NCBI GenBank assembly: GCA_963841435.1
Contig: CAWJCS010000002.1
Span: 64,001 to 128,000 of the forward strand
From: an uncultured delta proteobacterium
GTDB taxonomy: Bacteria; Myxococcota_A; Polyangia; Polyangiales; Polyangiaceae
DNA length: 64,000 bases
Reading direction: 5' to 3'
Made by a program: the position numbers and the translations under genes. The notes under the pieces were generated by a model. That model was not told where the DNA came from. It saw only the letters and a list, made by a program, of their open reading frames with translations, and made no database searches. The number at the start of each line of letters is the position of its first letter. Positions within the stretch are counted from its first letter, which is position 1. Below are positions 50,494 through 59,879 of the stretch, piece by piece.

Positions 50494-51867
50494 ATGCGCA
50501 CCCACGGCCTTGCCCTCCTTTCCGCGCTGTTCGTGGCGCCCGCCGCCCTCGCGCAGGCACCCGGGCCGAGTGACGCACCGATGGCGCCCGCGACCCCCGC
50601 GCCACAGGCCGCTCCGGCGCCCATCGTCACTTCGCCCGGTCCTGCCGGCGGCGTCATCCTCACGCCCATCACCGGCGTCAACCCGAACGCCGGTCTGCCC
50701 TCGAGCTCGCGGCCCAAGACCGGCAACGAGAGCGACAGCTTCGACCTCGGCAACCGCACTGGCGGCCCCGCGGTCGTCGGCAATCCGGGTGGCTCCGCCG
50801 TGATCGCCGATTCCGCCGGGTCGCGCGCGCTCTCCGTGCCTTCGATCCACCTCGTGCGCCGCGGTGACACGCTCTGGGATCTTTCGGGCCACTACTACGG
50901 CAATCCGTGGCAGTGGCCGCGCATCTGGAGCCAGAACCCGCAGGTCGAGAACCCGCACTGGATTTACCCCGGCGACCAGCTCCGCCTGCAACCCGGCGAC
51001 GGTACGGGCTCGCTCTATGATCGTCTCGGTTCGGGTCGCGGAGGGAGCGGCAGGAACGGCATCACGCGCCGCCCGGGCCTCGTCGACGAGCGACAGAGCC
51101 TCGCGAAGGGCACGCTCGTGCTGCGCGATCAGGGCTTCATCGGCGACCCGGACACCGACGTTTGGGGTGAGATTGCCGGTGCCGTCGAGGAGCAGATGCT
51201 GCTCTCCGAGGGCAATCACGTCTACCTCCTACTCAAGCCCGGCAAGACGGTGAAGCCGGGTGAAGAGCTCACGCTGTTTCGCACGCTGAGGCAGCCCAAG
51301 GACGTACCGGGTGCGCGCACGCCCCCCGGCGAGATCGTCGCCGTGCTCGGCACGGTGAAGCTCGAGAGCGTGGACCCGAAGAACAACATGGCCCGCGCCA
51401 AGATCACCGAATCGGTCAACGTGATCGAGCGGGGTGCGCGCGTCGGACCCGTGCGTCGCCGGTTCGACATCGTTCCACCGTTGAAAAACACGGCGAACGT
51501 GTCCGCCCGCGTGCTCACGAGCCTCTACCCGCACGTATTTCTGGCGCAAAACCAGGTGGTCTTCCTCGATCACGGCAGCCAGGACGGGCTCAAGCCGGGA
51601 AACCGCATGTTCGTTCAGCGCCGCGGGGACGCCTGGCGCCAATCCCTGACGGCAAAAATGAACGGTGACAGACTGCGCACCGACGCCCCCGAGGCGGTCC
51701 TGGTCGAGCGCACCCCGCTCCGCGGCGAAAACGAGAAATTCCCCCAGGAGATCGTGGGCGAGCTCCGGATCCTCACGACCGAGCGCTACAGCTCGCTGGC
51801 CCTCGTCGTGCAGTCCATCCGGGAGGTCGTTCCCGGGGACCTGGTGGTCGCGCGGGCGGGCGAGTAG
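50494..51867 (+). CDS. LysM peptidoglycan-binding protein, TsaP-like
   Basis: Signal peptide; HLVRRGDTLWDLS..YYGNPWQWPRIWSQNPQVENPHWIYPGD; beta-rich C-terminal domains. Confidence 0.85.
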   Translation: MRTHGLALLSALFVAPAALAQAPGPSDAPMAPATPAPQAAPAPIVTSPGPAGGVILTPITGVNPNAGLPSSSRPKTGNESDSFDLGNRTGGPAVVGNPGGSAVIADSAGSRALSVPSIHLVRRGDTLWDLSGHYYGNPWQWPRIWSQNPQVENPHWIYPGDQLRLQPGDGTGSLYDRLGSGRGGSGRNGITRRPGLVDERQSLAKGTLVLRDQGFIGDPDTDVWGEIAGAVEEQMLLSEGNHVYLLLKPGKTVKPGEELTLFRTLRQPKDVPGARTPPGEIVAVLGTVKLESVDPKNNMARAKITESVNVIERGARVGPVRRRFDIVPPLKNTANVSARVLTSLYPHVFLAQNQVVFLDHGSQDGLKPGNRMFVQRRGDAWRQSLTAKMNGDRLRTDAPEAVLVERTPLRGENEKFPQEIVGELRILTTERYSSLALVVQSIREVVPGDLVVARAGE

Positions 51868-51983
51868 TTTCGCGCTGCGTTCTCAGTTTACCGTCCTCTT
51901 GAAACTGGCGTCGGGGGCGGGGTTGACCCGAGGGCCGCCCTGCGGGAAAGACACTGTCGCGGTTTCATTAGCTTCACGGGTCC

Positions 51984-53594
51984 ATGTCGCACGCGGGTCG
52001 TTCACGAATTCGGCGCTGGCTGGCGGGAGCTATTCTCGCGCTGCTCGCGCCGGTCGGCTGCGGCGGGGGTCACGATGACCTGTTCAGCACACCCGGCGAC
52101 AGCGGCTCCGAGACGGGCGGCAGCGCGGGCTCGAGCGGGTCGGCCACGGGCGGTGACGGCGGAAACGGGGGCGTCGGCGGCGGCGGCGCGGGTGGCAGCG
52201 CCGGCGCGAGCGTCGGCGGCAGCACCGGGGGCGACGGAGCGGCGAGTGGCACCGGCGGCGCGGCGGCGACGAGCGCCGCGGGCGGCGGGGCCGGCATGGC
52301 AACCTGTGACAAGGGTGAGACGCTCTGCGATGCCGCCTGCGTCGACACCGACGCGGACGACGACAACTGCGGGGACTGCGGACACGCTTGCCCGGCCCGC
52401 TCTAGTTGCGACTCCGGCGCGTGCGTGTGCGACGGTGACCAGACGCTATGCGACGAGCGTTGCGTCGATACACTCACCAACACGTCGCACTGCGGCGATT
52501 GCGGCATCGCCTGCCCACCGCGCGCGAGCTGCGACGACGGCGAGTGCGTCTGCCCCGACATGGAAACCGAATGTCAGGGCCAGTGCGTCAACACGCAGAC
52601 CAGTCAGACCCACTGCGGCGTCTGCGGCCACGGTTGCCCCGCCCGCGCCATGTGTACCGCGGGCGAATGCCTCTGCCCCGAGGCCGAAACCTTGTGCGTC
52701 AACGTGTGCGCGGACCTCGAGACGAGCAACCAGCATTGTGGCGCCTGCGGCAAACCTTGCGTGGGTGGAACGTGTGAGGGCGGCGACTGCATGTGCCCTG
52801 CGGGCACGGAAAACTGCGACGGCTACTGCTCCGACCTCGACATGGACGTGGACCATTGCGGCGACTGCGACATCGCTTGCCGCTCCGACGAGATCTGCGA
52901 CACGGGGCTCTGCACCTGTGCGCCGAACGAAACGGAATGCGACGGGGTTTGCGCCGACCTCGACAACGACAAGGCGCACTGCGGCGACTGCGACACCGCG
53001 TGCATCAACAACCAGATCTGTGTGAGCGGCGACTGCACCTGCCCGCCCGGTCAGACCGATTGCGACGGCACCTGCTACGATCTCGACAACGATGCCAAGC
53101 ACTGCGGTGGCTGCGACACCGCGTGCATCAACAATCAAATCTGCGCGACGGGTGTCTGTGGCTGCCCCGCCGGTGAAGCGCTGTGCACCGACACCTGCGT
53201 CAACTTCGAGACCGACACCCAGAACTGCGGCAGCTGCGGCCACGCCTGCCCCGCGAACTACCTGTGCTCGGGCGGTACCTGCCTGCGCTCGCCCTGCGAC
53301 ATGATCTGCAACAGCCCCGAGGCCGTGAGCCAGGGCTCGGACGGCTACCGGGTCGAGCCGCTCGGCACCTCGGCGCGCTGCCTCGAGGTGAAGGGCTACG
53401 CCCCCACGGCCACGGTGCCGCGCATCGTTTGCTGGGAATTCACCGGCGGGCGTACCCTCAGGGTCAACGGCATGACCACCCCCTGCCTCAACAACGAGGG
53501 GTCACCGCTCGGCGACCCGCGCGCGGGCGGCTACTGCATCCAGGTGGGGGCTGGGGGCCAGGACTTCGCCGGGATCCTCCTGCCGACGCGCTGA
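51984..53594 (+). CDS. Gly-tethered lipoprotein with eight ~41-aa 8-Cys repeats (Stig1/MXAN_6577-like)
   Basis: Lipobox PVGC; repeat C..GET.C...C.D...D..HCG.C...C.....C..G.C x8. Confidence 0.85.
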   Translation: MSHAGRSRIRRWLAGAILALLAPVGCGGGHDDLFSTPGDSGSETGGSAGSSGSATGGDGGNGGVGGGGAGGSAGASVGGSTGGDGAASGTGGAAATSAAGGGAGMATCDKGETLCDAACVDTDADDDNCGDCGHACPARSSCDSGACVCDGDQTLCDERCVDTLTNTSHCGDCGIACPPRASCDDGECVCPDMETECQGQCVNTQTSQTHCGVCGHGCPARAMCTAGECLCPEAETLCVNVCADLETSNQHCGACGKPCVGGTCEGGDCMCPAGTENCDGYCSDLDMDVDHCGDCDIACRSDEICDTGLCTCAPNETECDGVCADLDNDKAHCGDCDTACINNQICVSGDCTCPPGQTDCDGTCYDLDNDAKHCGGCDTACINNQICATGVCGCPAGEALCTDTCVNFETDTQNCGSCGHACPANYLCSGGTCLRSPCDMICNSPEAVSQGSDGYRVEPLGTSARCLEVKGYAPTATVPRIVCWEFTGGRTLRVNGMTTPCLNNEGSPLGDPRAGGYCIQVGAGGQDFAGILLPTR

Positions 53595-53623
53595 TCGCGT
53601 CGCTTGCGGGTAGAATCCTCGGC

Positions 53624-53968
53624 ATGGGCAAGTGCCGGGTCTTTTTCCCGCAGACCGTCGTGGACCGCTGGCTCGCCATCGGCGAAGCCGAGCTCACCGG
53701 TGCCGAGCTGTGGTTGCACGCCGAGCGCCGCCGCTACCGGGTCGTCGAGTCGTTGCGGGTCGTGCGCGAGGTCACGGGCACCCCGGACGCCTTCGAGATC
53801 GTGGGCCGCGTGAAGACGTTCGGCTTCGTCACGGAGCTCGGCGCCGAGCTGCTCGGCGACTCGATGATCATCGGCGATAACGCCTACGAGACCGTGCCGG
53901 GCTGGCTGGGCACGCCGCTCATCCCGAAGGGCGAGCTCGAGCGCCGCGGCTCGGGAGCGGACCACTGA
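53624..53968 (+). CDS. Conserved-looking small hypothetical protein
   Basis: MGKCRVFFPQ...ELGAELLGDSMIIGDNAYETVPG; its stop overlaps the ccsA start (TGATG). Confidence 0.75.
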   Translation: MGKCRVFFPQTVVDRWLAIGEAELTGAELWLHAERRRYRVVESLRVVREVTGTPDAFEIVGRVKTFGFVTELGAELLGDSMIIGDNAYETVPGWLGTPLIPKGELERRGSGADH

Positions 53969-54783
53969 TGGCGACGCTCGCCACGATCGCCTTTTACCTC
54001 GGGGTGATCGCGTATTCGGCGGCGTCGACGCTGTTCTTCCTCGACATCGCGCGGCGCGACGCTTCGGTGGTCCGCTCGATCTGGGCGCCGCGTTTGCTCG
54101 CCGTGGCGGCGGGCCTGCACGCGCTCCACGTCGTCGCGGCGAGCCTGCTCTCGCGGCTCTGCCCCGTGGAGTCGTTGCACTTCGGGTTGAGCTTCAGCGC
54201 GCTGTGCGCTGTGTCCGTGTTCCTCGTGCTCCATCGGCGCACGAACCTGTTCGCGGCGGGCGCCATCGTCGCGCCGACGGCGCTCACCTTCCTGGTCGGT
54301 GCCCAGTTCGTGGCGACCGACGCCGGAAAGGAGGGCGACATCTCGCGCTCGCTGCTCGCCTTCCACATTGCGGCCAACGTGCTCGGCGTGGGCCTGTTCG
54401 TCGTCGCGGGCGCGTCGGGAGTGCTCTATCTCTTCCAGGAGCGTCGCCTGCGGCACAAGCTCGTCGGCGGCGCGCGCCTGCCCTCGCTCGACGCGCTCGA
54501 CCGCGTGACGCACCGGCTGCTCGTCGCGGGCTTTCCGCTCCTCACGTTCGGCGTCGTCACGGGAGCCGTGTTCGCGCGGCAGCTCGAGAGCTCCGGAGGC
54601 GCCGCGCTGGCGCGTACGGTGTTCGGGTTCACGACCTGGCTCGTGCTCGCGGGGGTGCTCGTCGCCCGGCGCGTCGCGGGGGTGCGGGGCCGGCGCGCGG
54701 CCTACGGCACGCTCGCTGGGGTCCTCTGCGTTCTGCTCGTCGTGCTCGTGTATGCCGTGCGCCCGGGAGGTCACGGCTCGTGA
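53968..54783 (+). CDS. ccsA: Cytochrome c assembly protein (CcsA/HemX-like)
   Basis: About 8 TM helices; H..A, YL.QER.L, LPSL..LD, GFPLLT.G..TG; sits directly upstream of hemA. Confidence 0.82.
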   Translation: MATLATIAFYLGVIAYSAASTLFFLDIARRDASVVRSIWAPRLLAVAAGLHALHVVAASLLSRLCPVESLHFGLSFSALCAVSVFLVLHRRTNLFAAGAIVAPTALTFLVGAQFVATDAGKEGDISRSLLAFHIAANVLGVGLFVVAGASGVLYLFQERRLRHKLVGGARLPSLDALDRVTHRLLVAGFPLLTFGVVTGAVFARQLESSGGAALARTVFGFTTWLVLAGVLVARRVAGVRGRRAAYGTLAGVLCVLLVVLVYAVRPGGHGS

Positions 54784-56165
54784 TCACGCTCGTGGGGCTC
54801 TCCCACAAGAGCGCGCCCATCGACGTGCGCGAACGCTTCGCGTTGCCCAAGGAGCGCGTTCCGGAGTTTTTGCTCGAGCTCGTCGGTCGCCCCGAGGTCG
54901 GCGAAGCGCTGCTCGTCTCGACCTGCAACCGCGTGGAGCTCCTCGCGGCGGCGCGCGCGGGCAGCGACCTCGAGCTCGTCGCGGCGTCCTGTCGCGACGC
55001 GTTGCGCGTGCTCGCCCCCGACGCGCCGCCGGACGCGCTGTACTCGCTCACCGGTCCCGAGGCGGTGCGGCACCTGTTCGGCGTCGCGGCGTCGCTCGAG
55101 TCGCTCGTGCTCGGCGAGCCGCAGATCCTCGGCCAGGTGAAGGACGCCTACGAGGTCGCTCGGCGCGCCGGCACGGTGGGCGCGGTGCTTCACCGCGTTT
55201 TGGCGCGCGCCATCCACGCCGCCAAGCTCGTCCGCTCCCAGACGGGCGTGGGCTCGGGGCAGGTCTCCGTGCCCACCGTGGCGACCGAGCTCGCCCGCCG
55301 CATCTTCGGTGAGCTCCGGGGCCACGCCGTGCTCTTGATCGGCTCGGGCGAGATGGCGGAGGCCGTGGCGCGGCTGCTCGCTGCGGCAGGCGCGCGGCTC
55401 TTCGTGATCGGTCGCACGCCGGAGAAAGTGAAAGCGCTCGCCGACGCGGTCGGCGGCGAGCCGCGCGAGCTCGGCGACCTCGTGGCGACGCTGCCCGAGG
55501 TCGACATCGTCATCAGCAGCACGAGCGCGCCAAGCTTCGTGATCGAGCGCGAGCCGGTCGCGCGGGCGCGCCGCTCGCGGCGCGGGCGGAGCCAGTTCTA
55601 CGTCAACCTCGCCGTGCCGCGCGACGTGGACCCCGCCATCGAAACGCTCGACGGCGTGTTCCTCTACAACATCGACGATCTTTCGCGCGTCGTGTCCGAG
55701 TCGCTCGCCTCGCGCTGGCGCGAGGCGGAGCGCGCCCAGGCCATCATCGACGCCGAGGCCAAGAGCTTCGATCGTTGGGTCGACGCCGAGCAGGCGACGC
55801 CGACCATCGTCGCATTGCGCGCGCACATCCGCGGCTCTCTGCGCACCGAGCTCGAGCGCAGCCTCGGCGGGCGGCTCCGGCATCTGGGCGGCCCCGAGCG
55901 CGCCGCCCTCGAAACCATGCTCGAGGCGGCCGTGAATCGCATCCTGCATCGTCCGACGACGCGCCTGCGACAGGCAGCCTCGCTCGATGGCTTCGACGGG
56001 CTGGCGCTGCCCGAGCTCAGCGCGGCGCTCGAAGGCCTGTTCGGGCTGGGCGAGGCCGCCGACAGTGACGCGAGCGACGCGAGTGACGCGAGCGACGCCG
56101 TGGAGGTCGACGATGCCTTCGAGCCGGCGGCGACGGGCGAGATGGCCAAGCGGAGGCTCAGCTGA
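54780..56165 (+). CDS. hemA: Glutamyl-tRNA reductase
   Basis: GLSHKSAP..VRE, STCNRVE, SLVLGEPQILGQVK, GSGEMA, LAVPRD. Confidence 0.96.
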   Translation: MITLVGLSHKSAPIDVRERFALPKERVPEFLLELVGRPEVGEALLVSTCNRVELLAAARAGSDLELVAASCRDALRVLAPDAPPDALYSLTGPEAVRHLFGVAASLESLVLGEPQILGQVKDAYEVARRAGTVGAVLHRVLARAIHAAKLVRSQTGVGSGQVSVPTVATELARRIFGELRGHAVLLIGSGEMAEAVARLLAAAGARLFVIGRTPEKVKALADAVGGEPRELGDLVATLPEVDIVISSTSAPSFVIEREPVARARRSRRGRSQFYVNLAVPRDVDPAIETLDGVFLYNIDDLSRVVSESLASRWREAERAQAIIDAEAKSFDRWVDAEQATPTIVALRAHIRGSLRTELERSLGGRLRHLGGPERAALETMLEAAVNRILHRPTTRLRQAASLDGFDGLALPELSAALEGLFGLGEAADSDASDASDASDAVEVDDAFEPAATGEMAKRRLS

Positions 56166-57067
56166 TGGTGGATCGCGTCGTCTACGCCACGCGCAAGAGC
56201 GCGCTCGCGCTCGCGCAGTCGCGCGCGCTGCTCGAGCGCCTCGCCACGTTCCACCCCGGGCTTGAAATCGTGGAGCTTACCGTCACCACGACGGGCGATC
56301 GGATTCAGGATCGCTCGCTCACCGAGATTGGCGGCAAGGGCTTGTTCGTCAAAGAGATCGAGGAAGCGCTCGTGGAGCGCCGCGCCGACGCCGCCGTGCA
56401 CTCGCTCAAGGACGTGCCCGCCGAGCTCATGCCCGGCCTCCACCTCGGTTGCATTCCCGAACGAGAGGACGCGCGAGACGTGCTCGTGACGCGGGGCGGC
56501 GAACGGCTCGCCGAGCTACCCGCGGGCAGCCGCATCGGCACAACGTCGCTGCGGCGCGCCATCCAGCTCAAGGCGGTGCGCCCCGACATCGAAATCGTGC
56601 CGCTGCGCGGTAACGTCGATACGCGCATCCGGCGCTGCCGCGAGGGGGTGGTCGACGCCGTCGTGCTCGCTCGCGCGGGGCTCCTCAGGCTCGGGCGGGA
56701 GGGCGAGGCGACCGAGATCCTCTCGCCCGAGGTGTCGCTTCCGGCCGTCGGGCAGGGGGCGCTCGCCGTGGAGCTTCGCACGGAGGATCGAAAAAGCGCC
56801 GGCTGGTTCGCGCCGCTCGCCCATCACGAGACGGGTGTCGCCGTGGCGGCCGAACGCGGGGTCCTCTTCGCCGTCGGCGGGAGCTGCCAGACGCCCATCG
56901 CCGCCCATGCGGTCCGCGCCGGGGGGATGCTGGAGCTCCGGGCGCTGCTCGCGGAACCGGACGGCTCGCGGCTCCGCCGCGGCGAGCGGCGTGTTGTTTT
57001 TCCCGAGAACGAAGCCGAAGCGACGCGCCTCGGCCGCGATCTCGGTCAGGAGCTTTCCGCACGCTGA
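56165..57067 (+). CDS. hemC: Hydroxymethylbilane synthase
   Basis: ATRKSALALAQ, GGKGLFVKE, VHSLKD, RGNVDTR, PAVGQGAL, GGSCQTP. Confidence 0.97.
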   Translation: MVDRVVYATRKSALALAQSRALLERLATFHPGLEIVELTVTTTGDRIQDRSLTEIGGKGLFVKEIEEALVERRADAAVHSLKDVPAELMPGLHLGCIPEREDARDVLVTRGGERLAELPAGSRIGTTSLRRAIQLKAVRPDIEIVPLRGNVDTRIRRCREGVVDAVVLARAGLLRLGREGEATEILSPEVSLPAVGQGALAVELRTEDRKSAGWFAPLAHHETGVAVAAERGVLFAVGGSCQTPIAAHAVRAGGMLELRALLAEPDGSRLRRGERRVVFPENEAEATRLGRDLGQELSAR

Positions 57068-57183
57068 AGAGAGCCGCTCCCCTGGTTCGCTCCCGCCCGG
57101 CAGGCCGGGTCGAGGCGGGGCGTTTCGGGGGCTTTCGATGGGCGCGGGGGTGGTGGTAAGGTCCCGCCCTCTACGAGGCCCCC

Positions 57184-57795
57184 ATGTCACTCAGAATGCT
57201 CTCTCGATGGGTTGGTATCGCAGCGGTCGGTGTGCCGCTGCTTTTCACGGTGGCTTGCGGCAGCAAGGACGAGGTGAAGCACGCGACCGTGCAAGCCGGG
57301 TCCATGCCCGAGGGCGGCGAGTGGCAGGGCGTCTACTACAGCCCCCTGTACGGGTATCTTCACATCATCGCCGACGGCAAGGCGGTCAACGGCGCCTGGC
57401 GTACCGCTGCCGGCGATCGCTTCGGTGAGCTCGCAGGCGAGGTCGACGGAAACCTGCTGCGCTACGAATGGAAGGAACGTCGCATCGGTGCCGTCGGCGC
57501 CGACGCCGTCAAGACGGGCAAGGGCTACTTCGTCTACTCGGTTCCGAAGGCCGGTGAGGCGCACCAGATCAAGGGCGAGTGGGGCCTTGGCGAGAGCGAC
57601 GCCGGCAACACCTGGGAAGCCATCAAGCAGACGAACATGCCGCCCGACCTCAAGAGCGTTCAGCCCGACGAGTACGAAGGCCGCGTGAGCGGCGGCGGTT
57701 GGGATCAAGGCGAAGGCGCAGGCGAAGGCAGCGGCGACTCGGGCAGCAGCGACGATTCGGGCAGCAGCGACGACTCGGGCGGCGAGCTGAAGTAG
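57184..57795 (+). CDS. Beta-rich lipoprotein with acidic Gly/Ser tail
   Basis: Lipobox TVAC; aromatic-rich beta strands; SGSSDD repeats at the C-terminus. Confidence 0.8.
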   Translation: MSLRMLSRWVGIAAVGVPLLFTVACGSKDEVKHATVQAGSMPEGGEWQGVYYSPLYGYLHIIADGKAVNGAWRTAAGDRFGELAGEVDGNLLRYEWKERRIGAVGADAVKTGKGYFVYSVPKAGEAHQIKGEWGLGESDAGNTWEAIKQTNMPPDLKSVQPDEYEGRVSGGGWDQGEGAGEGSGDSGSSDDSGSSDDSGGELK

Positions 57796-57808
57796 CGCCG
57801 GGGCCAAC

Positions 57809-59311
57809 GTGCCGAACGACGCAGCCCAGGGGCTCGAGTGGATCGAGCCCCCGATCTTCGAGCGCGGCGCGCCCGGACGCAGCGGCGTGTCGCTCGGACC
57901 TTCCGACGTCCCCGCCGTCGACCCTCGCGCGGCGCTCGGCGAGCTTTTACGGGTCGACCCGGCGGCGCTGCCCGAGGTGAGCGAGCCCGAGGCCATCCGA
58001 CACTTCGTGCGACTCAGCCAGTACAACTTCAGCATCGACACGCAGTTCTATCCGCTGGGCTCGTGCACCATGAAGCACAACCCGAAGGTCAACGAGTGGG
58101 CCGCGCGCTTGCCGGGCTACGCCAAAGCGCACCCGCTGATGCCGCCGCCCACGATCCAGGGCGCGCTAAAGCTCATGGTCGCGCTGCAGGCCATGATCGG
58201 CGAGATCGTCGGCATGGACGGCGTGTGCCTGCAGCCGGCCGCGGGCGCCCAGGGTGAGCTCACGGGGCTCATGATGATCCGCGCGCATCACCGAGCCGAG
58301 GGGCGCTCCCCGCGCAAGGTGTTCATCCCCGACAGCGCCCACGGCACGAACCCGGCGAGCTCGAACCTCAACGGCTTCGAATCCGTGGCGTTTCCGGCGG
58401 GGCCCGCCGGCGTGGTCGAGCCGGCGACGCTCGCCGCCGCGCTCGAGTCGGCCCCGGGCGATGTCGCGGCGCTCATGATCACGAACCCGAATACCCTCGG
58501 CCTCTACGAACAGGCCATGCCGCAGCTCGCCGAGCTCGTCCACGCCCGCGGTGGCCTCGTCTACGGTGACGGTGCAAACCTCAACGCCGTGCTCGGCCGC
58601 GCCCGCCCGGGTGACGCGGGCGTCGACGTGCTCCAGTTGAACCTCCATAAGACCTTCACGACGCCGCACGGCGGGGGCGGGCCCGGCTCCGGCCCGGTGG
58701 CCTTCAAGGGCGTGCTCGAGCCCTACCAGCCGATTCCCGTGGTGCGCGCCGACGGCGAGCGCGTCGTCGTGGACCACGATCGGCCCGCGAGCGTCGGTCG
58801 CGTGCGCTCGTTCTTCGGCAACTTCGGCATGATGGTGCGCGCGTACGCGTACATCCGCGAGCTCGGTCCCGAGGGCCTTTCGGCCGTCACGAACTACGCC
58901 GTGCTCAACGCACGCTACATCGCCGCGCGGCTCCGCGAGCACTACCCGCTCGCCGTCGCCACGCCGTCGTTGCACGAGGCCGTGTTCACCGATCGCGACC
59001 TCGAAGCCGCGACGGGCGTGAAGACGCTCGATATCGCCAAGCGCCTGATCGACTACGGCGTGCACCCGCCCACGGTGTACTTTCCACTCGTCGTGCGCGG
59101 CGCGCTGATGGTCGAGCCCACGGAGACGGAAACCAAGCAGACGCTCGACGAATTCGTGGCCGCGATGATCGCCATCGCGCGCGAGGCCCGCGAAACGCCC
59201 GACCTCGTGAAGCAGGCGCCGCACCTCACGCGTCTCGGCCGGCTCGACGAGGCGCGCGCTGCGCGGCGCCCACGCCTGCGCTGGAGCAAGCAGCCGCCGC
59301 CGCGCGCGTGA
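57809..59311 (+). CDS. gcvPB: Glycine dehydrogenase (decarboxylating) subunit 2
   Basis: FYPLGSCTMK.NP, QPAAGAQGE, SAHGTNPAS, NLHKTF.TPHGGGGPG, DIAKRLIDYG.HPPT, EPTETE. Confidence 0.96.
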   Translation: MPNDAAQGLEWIEPPIFERGAPGRSGVSLGPSDVPAVDPRAALGELLRVDPAALPEVSEPEAIRHFVRLSQYNFSIDTQFYPLGSCTMKHNPKVNEWAARLPGYAKAHPLMPPPTIQGALKLMVALQAMIGEIVGMDGVCLQPAAGAQGELTGLMMIRAHHRAEGRSPRKVFIPDSAHGTNPASSNLNGFESVAFPAGPAGVVEPATLAAALESAPGDVAALMITNPNTLGLYEQAMPQLAELVHARGGLVYGDGANLNAVLGRARPGDAGVDVLQLNLHKTFTTPHGGGGPGSGPVAFKGVLEPYQPIPVVRADGERVVVDHDRPASVGRVRSFFGNFGMMVRAYAYIRELGPEGLSAVTNYAVLNARYIAARLREHYPLAVATPSLHEAVFTDRDLEAATGVKTLDIAKRLIDYGVHPPTVYFPLVVRGALMVEPTETETKQTLDEFVAAMIAIAREARETPDLVKQAPHLTRLGRLDEARAARRPRLRWSKQPPPRA

Positions 59312-59320
59312 GCTTGCCGC

Positions 59321-59728
59321 TCAGGGCGTTCCGAACTCGCAGGCGAGCCACTCGCCGAGCGCGCGCCGCTCGGATTGTGTGGGCCGCGGGTCGCTCGGAG
59401 GCATGAAATCGTTGGAAGCGCGTGGTCCGGACGCCGCGACCGAATCGATGTCGGCCGCGTGCTCCGCGATGCTGTCGTAGTCGTCCCAGTTGTAGCCGGC
59501 GGGTGCGTGCTGCCGGTCGGCCCCCGACTTCGTCGTGCTGTGGCAGCGGGTGCAGTAGTCGTCGAAGAACCCCTGGGCGAAACCCTCGTAGGTGAGCGTC
59601 GAGCCGGACGGGCATGCGCTGCCCGACGCAGCGTTGGACGGGCCGGCGGGCGGGTCGTCGGGGCTGCCGCACCCGTACAAACCGGCCGCGCAAATCAACG
59701 AAATGAGTGACTTCATCGTGGATGTCAT
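59321..59728 (-). CDS. Small monoheme cytochrome c lipoprotein
   Basis: Lipobox LYGC; CTRCH; distal MPP; L.EWL.C. Confidence 0.82.
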   Translation of the reverse strand: MTSTMKSLISLICAAGLYGCGSPDDPPAGPSNAASGSACPSGSTLTYEGFAQGFFDDYCTRCHSTTKSGADRQHAPAGYNWDDYDSIAEHAADIDSVAASGPRASNDFMPPSDPRPTQSERRALGEWLACEFGTP

Positions 59729-59841
59729 CCGACCGCCACGGCCGTGCGCCGATCGAGAAGCGCCCCGAAACACGGCGGAATCGGGTGCGCGGCCAGATGA
59801 CCTGGCTGGCCGAGCAATCTGAAAAAAGGCACGGCTAGGCT

Positions 59842-59869
59842 TTGACAGGGTTGCATCCGAGCGTAGCAT
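59842..59869 (+). promoter_or_regulatory. Sigma70-like promoter for the kinase gene
   Basis: TTGACA-N16-TAGCAT. The -10 overlaps ATG 59868, which favours ATG 59880 as the start. Confidence 0.5.
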
Positions 59870-59879
59870 GCAAGACCGG

